The notes beneath the pieces were generated by a model that made no database searches, was not told where the DNA came from, and worked only from the letters and a program-made list of their open reading frames with translations. From Candidatus Wukongarchaeum yapensis (GTDB lineage Archaea; Asgardarchaeota; Wukongarchaeia; Wukongarchaeales; Wukongarchaeaceae), in contig JAEOSI010000101.1 of assembly GCA_016840425.1 (NCBI GenBank), positions 1-7,734 on the forward strand: a DNA stretch of 7,734 nt, given 5' to 3'. Each line of letters begins with the position of its first letter. Position 1 is the stretch's first letter. The translations under genes and the position numbers were made by a program. This document shows positions 6,055 through 7,734 of this stretch, piece after piece.

Positions 6055-6099
6055 AGATATGTTGATAAATAGATATGTTGATAAATGATCAATATATCT
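6055..6099. repeat. Tandem 16-bp direct repeat plus inverted copy in the mutS2/rpoD divergent promoter region
   Basis: AGATATGTTGATAAAT at 6055-6070 and 6071-6086 (perfect). ATCAATATATCT at 6088-6099 is an 11/12 inverted match to AGATATGTTGAT. Confidence 0.85.
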
Positions 6100-6161
6100 T
6101 TATTACGCTTTCTATTATTTTTTTGATAATTTTGTTCTTCTGAAGGGTTGTGTGTTAGAGG

Positions 6162-6968
6162 ATGGATGTAGAGATTATTGAGCGGGATGGTAATCGTATA
6201 AGGTTTATTGTAGAGGGTGTTTCTCCTGCTTTTATTAACAGTTTGCGTAGGACTATTATGGCAGAAGTGCCTACAATGGCGATAGATGAAGTTGTTATTG
6301 TGGAGAATAATTCGGTTCTTTTTGACGAAATACTTGCACATAGACTGGGTTTGATACCGTTAACTACGCCCGAGGGAAAGTATGGATTTAGTGAGGATTG
6401 TGACTGCCAAGGGGTAGGATGTCCAAAATGTAATGTGACTTTTACTTTGAAAAAGGAGGCAGGGGAAGGTATTGCAGTAGTTTATTCTGGGGATTTTGAG
6501 AGTTCGGATCCCGAAGTAGTTCCTGTTTCTCCGGATATAGTCATAATAAGACTTGTACCGAGACAGAGAATTGAGATTGAAGTCTTTGCGAAGATGGGTA
6601 CTGGGAAAGATCATGCAAAATGGCAACCTGTAACTGTTTCCGCTTATAAATATTGTATGGAGTTTGATTTTGATTCTGAAAAATGCACCCTTTGTGAAGA
6701 CTGCATTGAAGCTTGTCCGAAACAGATTCTTAAGCGTGAGGGTGATGAAATAGTTTGTATTGATCCTCTGGCTTGTACTTTATGCGATGCATGCGCCGAA
6801 GCTTGTGATTTTGATGCTATAAAAATTAATGAGAATGATACGAAGTTTATTTTCACGGTAGAAGGGTTAGGGTGTATACCTCCAGAAAGTATTGTAAGAC
6901 AAGCTGCTCAAATACTTATTAAAAAATCTCAAGAATTAGAAGAACAGATGAAGACGATGAGCGCGTAA
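6162..6968 (+). CDS. rpoD: DNA-directed RNA polymerase subunit D (Rpo3) with Zn-type Cys motif and ferredoxin-like Fe-S domain
   Basis: NSLRRTIMAEVPTMAIDEV, ENNSVLFDEILAHRLGLIPL, GTGKDHAKWQP, CDCQGVGCPKC, and two CxxCxxCxxxC motifs. GAGG RBS. Confidence 0.98.
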   Translation: MDVEIIERDGNRIRFIVEGVSPAFINSLRRTIMAEVPTMAIDEVVIVENNSVLFDEILAHRLGLIPLTTPEGKYGFSEDCDCQGVGCPKCNVTFTLKKEAGEGIAVVYSGDFESSDPEVVPVSPDIVIIRLVPRQRIEIEVFAKMGTGKDHAKWQPVTVSAYKYCMEFDFDSEKCTLCEDCIEACPKQILKREGDEIVCIDPLACTLCDACAEACDFDAIKINENDTKFIFTVEGLGCIPPESIVRQAAQILIKKSQELEEQMKTMSA

Positions 6969-6994
6969 AAATTTTTAGTGTTACGTTAGCTCTG

Positions 6995-7010
6995 TTTTTT
7001 TCTTTTTTTT
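6995..7010 (+). terminator. Oligo-T terminator after rpoD
   Basis: T7-C-T8 about 26 nt after the stop codon. Confidence 0.6.
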
Positions 7011-7020
7011 ATACTTTGTT

Positions 7021-7036
7021 GCGAAACTTTTAAGTA
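7021..7036 (+). promoter_or_regulatory. BRE/TATA promoter for the rpl18e-rpl13 unit; a second TATA-like TTTATAAA lies at 7083-7090
   Basis: GCGAAAC-TTTTAAGTA matches the archaeal BRE-TATA consensus. Confidence 0.6.
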
Positions 7037-7218
7037 TTTGCCCTATTTCGCTTAATATGCTTACTTTAAAAACGTGTTTAGATTTATAAAAAGGTTATAG
7101 CGAAATGATTAAATAAAACCAAGTAAAATTTTGTGATATTTATTGATTATTAGTTGCGTTTGAGATCGTCTTTTTGAGGTTTAAGGTGTGCATTTAAGGA
7201 TTTCTTAGGGGTATAAAT

Positions 7219-7581
7219 ATGACAAAATCTACGGGTCCGACCGATCCTACTGTTATTGCTTTGCTTTCGGAGCTTAGAAGGCGTGCTCGAGGTGATGGGA
7301 AAGTTTGGAAGACGTTATATCGTTGTTTATCAAAGCCTAGAAGACTGAGGCCTGTGGTTAATTTATCCAAGGTAAATAGGCATTGTAAGGATGGAGATTT
7401 GGTGGTGGTGCCGGGTAAGGTGCTTTCTTCGGGGTATATAAATTGTAAGGTGAGAGTTGCAGCGTTATCATTTTCTGAGAGGGCTGTTGAGAAAATTAGG
7501 ACCGTTGGCGGGGAATGTATGACTATCGAGGAGTTATTAGAGATAAACCCTGAGGGAAAAAGTATCAAAATAATGGTTTAA
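7219..7581 (+). CDS. rpl18e: 50S ribosomal protein L18e (eL18)
   Basis: TDP..L...L...W..L...PRR.R..VNLSKVNR....D.VVVPGKVLSSG......VAALSFS..A.EKI...GG.C.TIEEL...NP.G..I.I. AGGGGT RBS. Confidence 0.98.
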   Translation: MTKSTGPTDPTVIALLSELRRRARGDGKVWKTLYRCLSKPRRLRPVVNLSKVNRHCKDGDLVVVPGKVLSSGYINCKVRVAALSFSERAVEKIRTVGGECMTIEELLEINPEGKSIKIMV

Positions 7582-7600
7582 TTGATGGGAGGATAGAAAG

Positions 7601-7734
7601 ATGGAAAAAACTGTGGAAGAAGTAACGATAATTGATGGCGAAAATGCGGTTTTAGGGCGGTTGGCAAGCAAGGTGGCTAAAAGGTTGTTATGTGGCGAGA
7701 GAATAGTGATAGTTAATGCTGAAAAAGTTGTAGT
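7601..7734 (+). CDS. rpl13: 50S ribosomal protein L13 (uL13), 5' partial
   Basis: Manual translation [44 protein letters not shown] contains the L13 signature [34 protein letters not shown]; canonical position after L18e. Confidence 0.97.
   Translation, partial: MEKTVEEVTIIDGENAVLGRLASKVAKRLLCGERIVIVNAEKVV

Noticed and set aside
6969-7218. tRNA between rpoD and rpl18e, as found in some archaea
   Set aside because: The spacer is AT-rich with no acceptor stem or GTTCRA T-loop.
5994-7568. Minus-strand ORFs 5994-6341, 6360-6626, 6644-6856 and 7194-7568
   Set aside because: Antisense shadows of rpoD and rpl18e.

Overview
Archaeal genome window, probably TACK/Asgard-type (inferred from the Rpo3 motifs, L18e and the HEAT-solenoid gene). 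From left to right: a partial 4-TM membrane protein gene (-, missing from the ORF track); a 502-bp AT-rich divergent intergenic region with a G-quadruplex motif abutting an 18-bp inverted repeat; a 552-aa HEAT-repeat protein (+); an unannotated ~200-nt island (2702-2905); a mutS2-type ATPase to DUF62 SAM hydroxide adenosyltransferase operon (-); then rpoD (rpo3), rpl18e and the start of rpl13 (+). The island is the best novelty candidate. It has a canonical BRE/TATA upstream, a perfect 11-bp closing helix, nested hairpins, a possible K-loop and an alternative pseudoknot fold, and I cannot match it to a known RNA family by eye. Other oddities are an extreme strand-dependent G/T versus A/C codon bias, a direct-direct-inverted repeat at the mutS2/rpoD divergent promoter, and rpoD detached from its usual upstream S13-S4-S11 genes.
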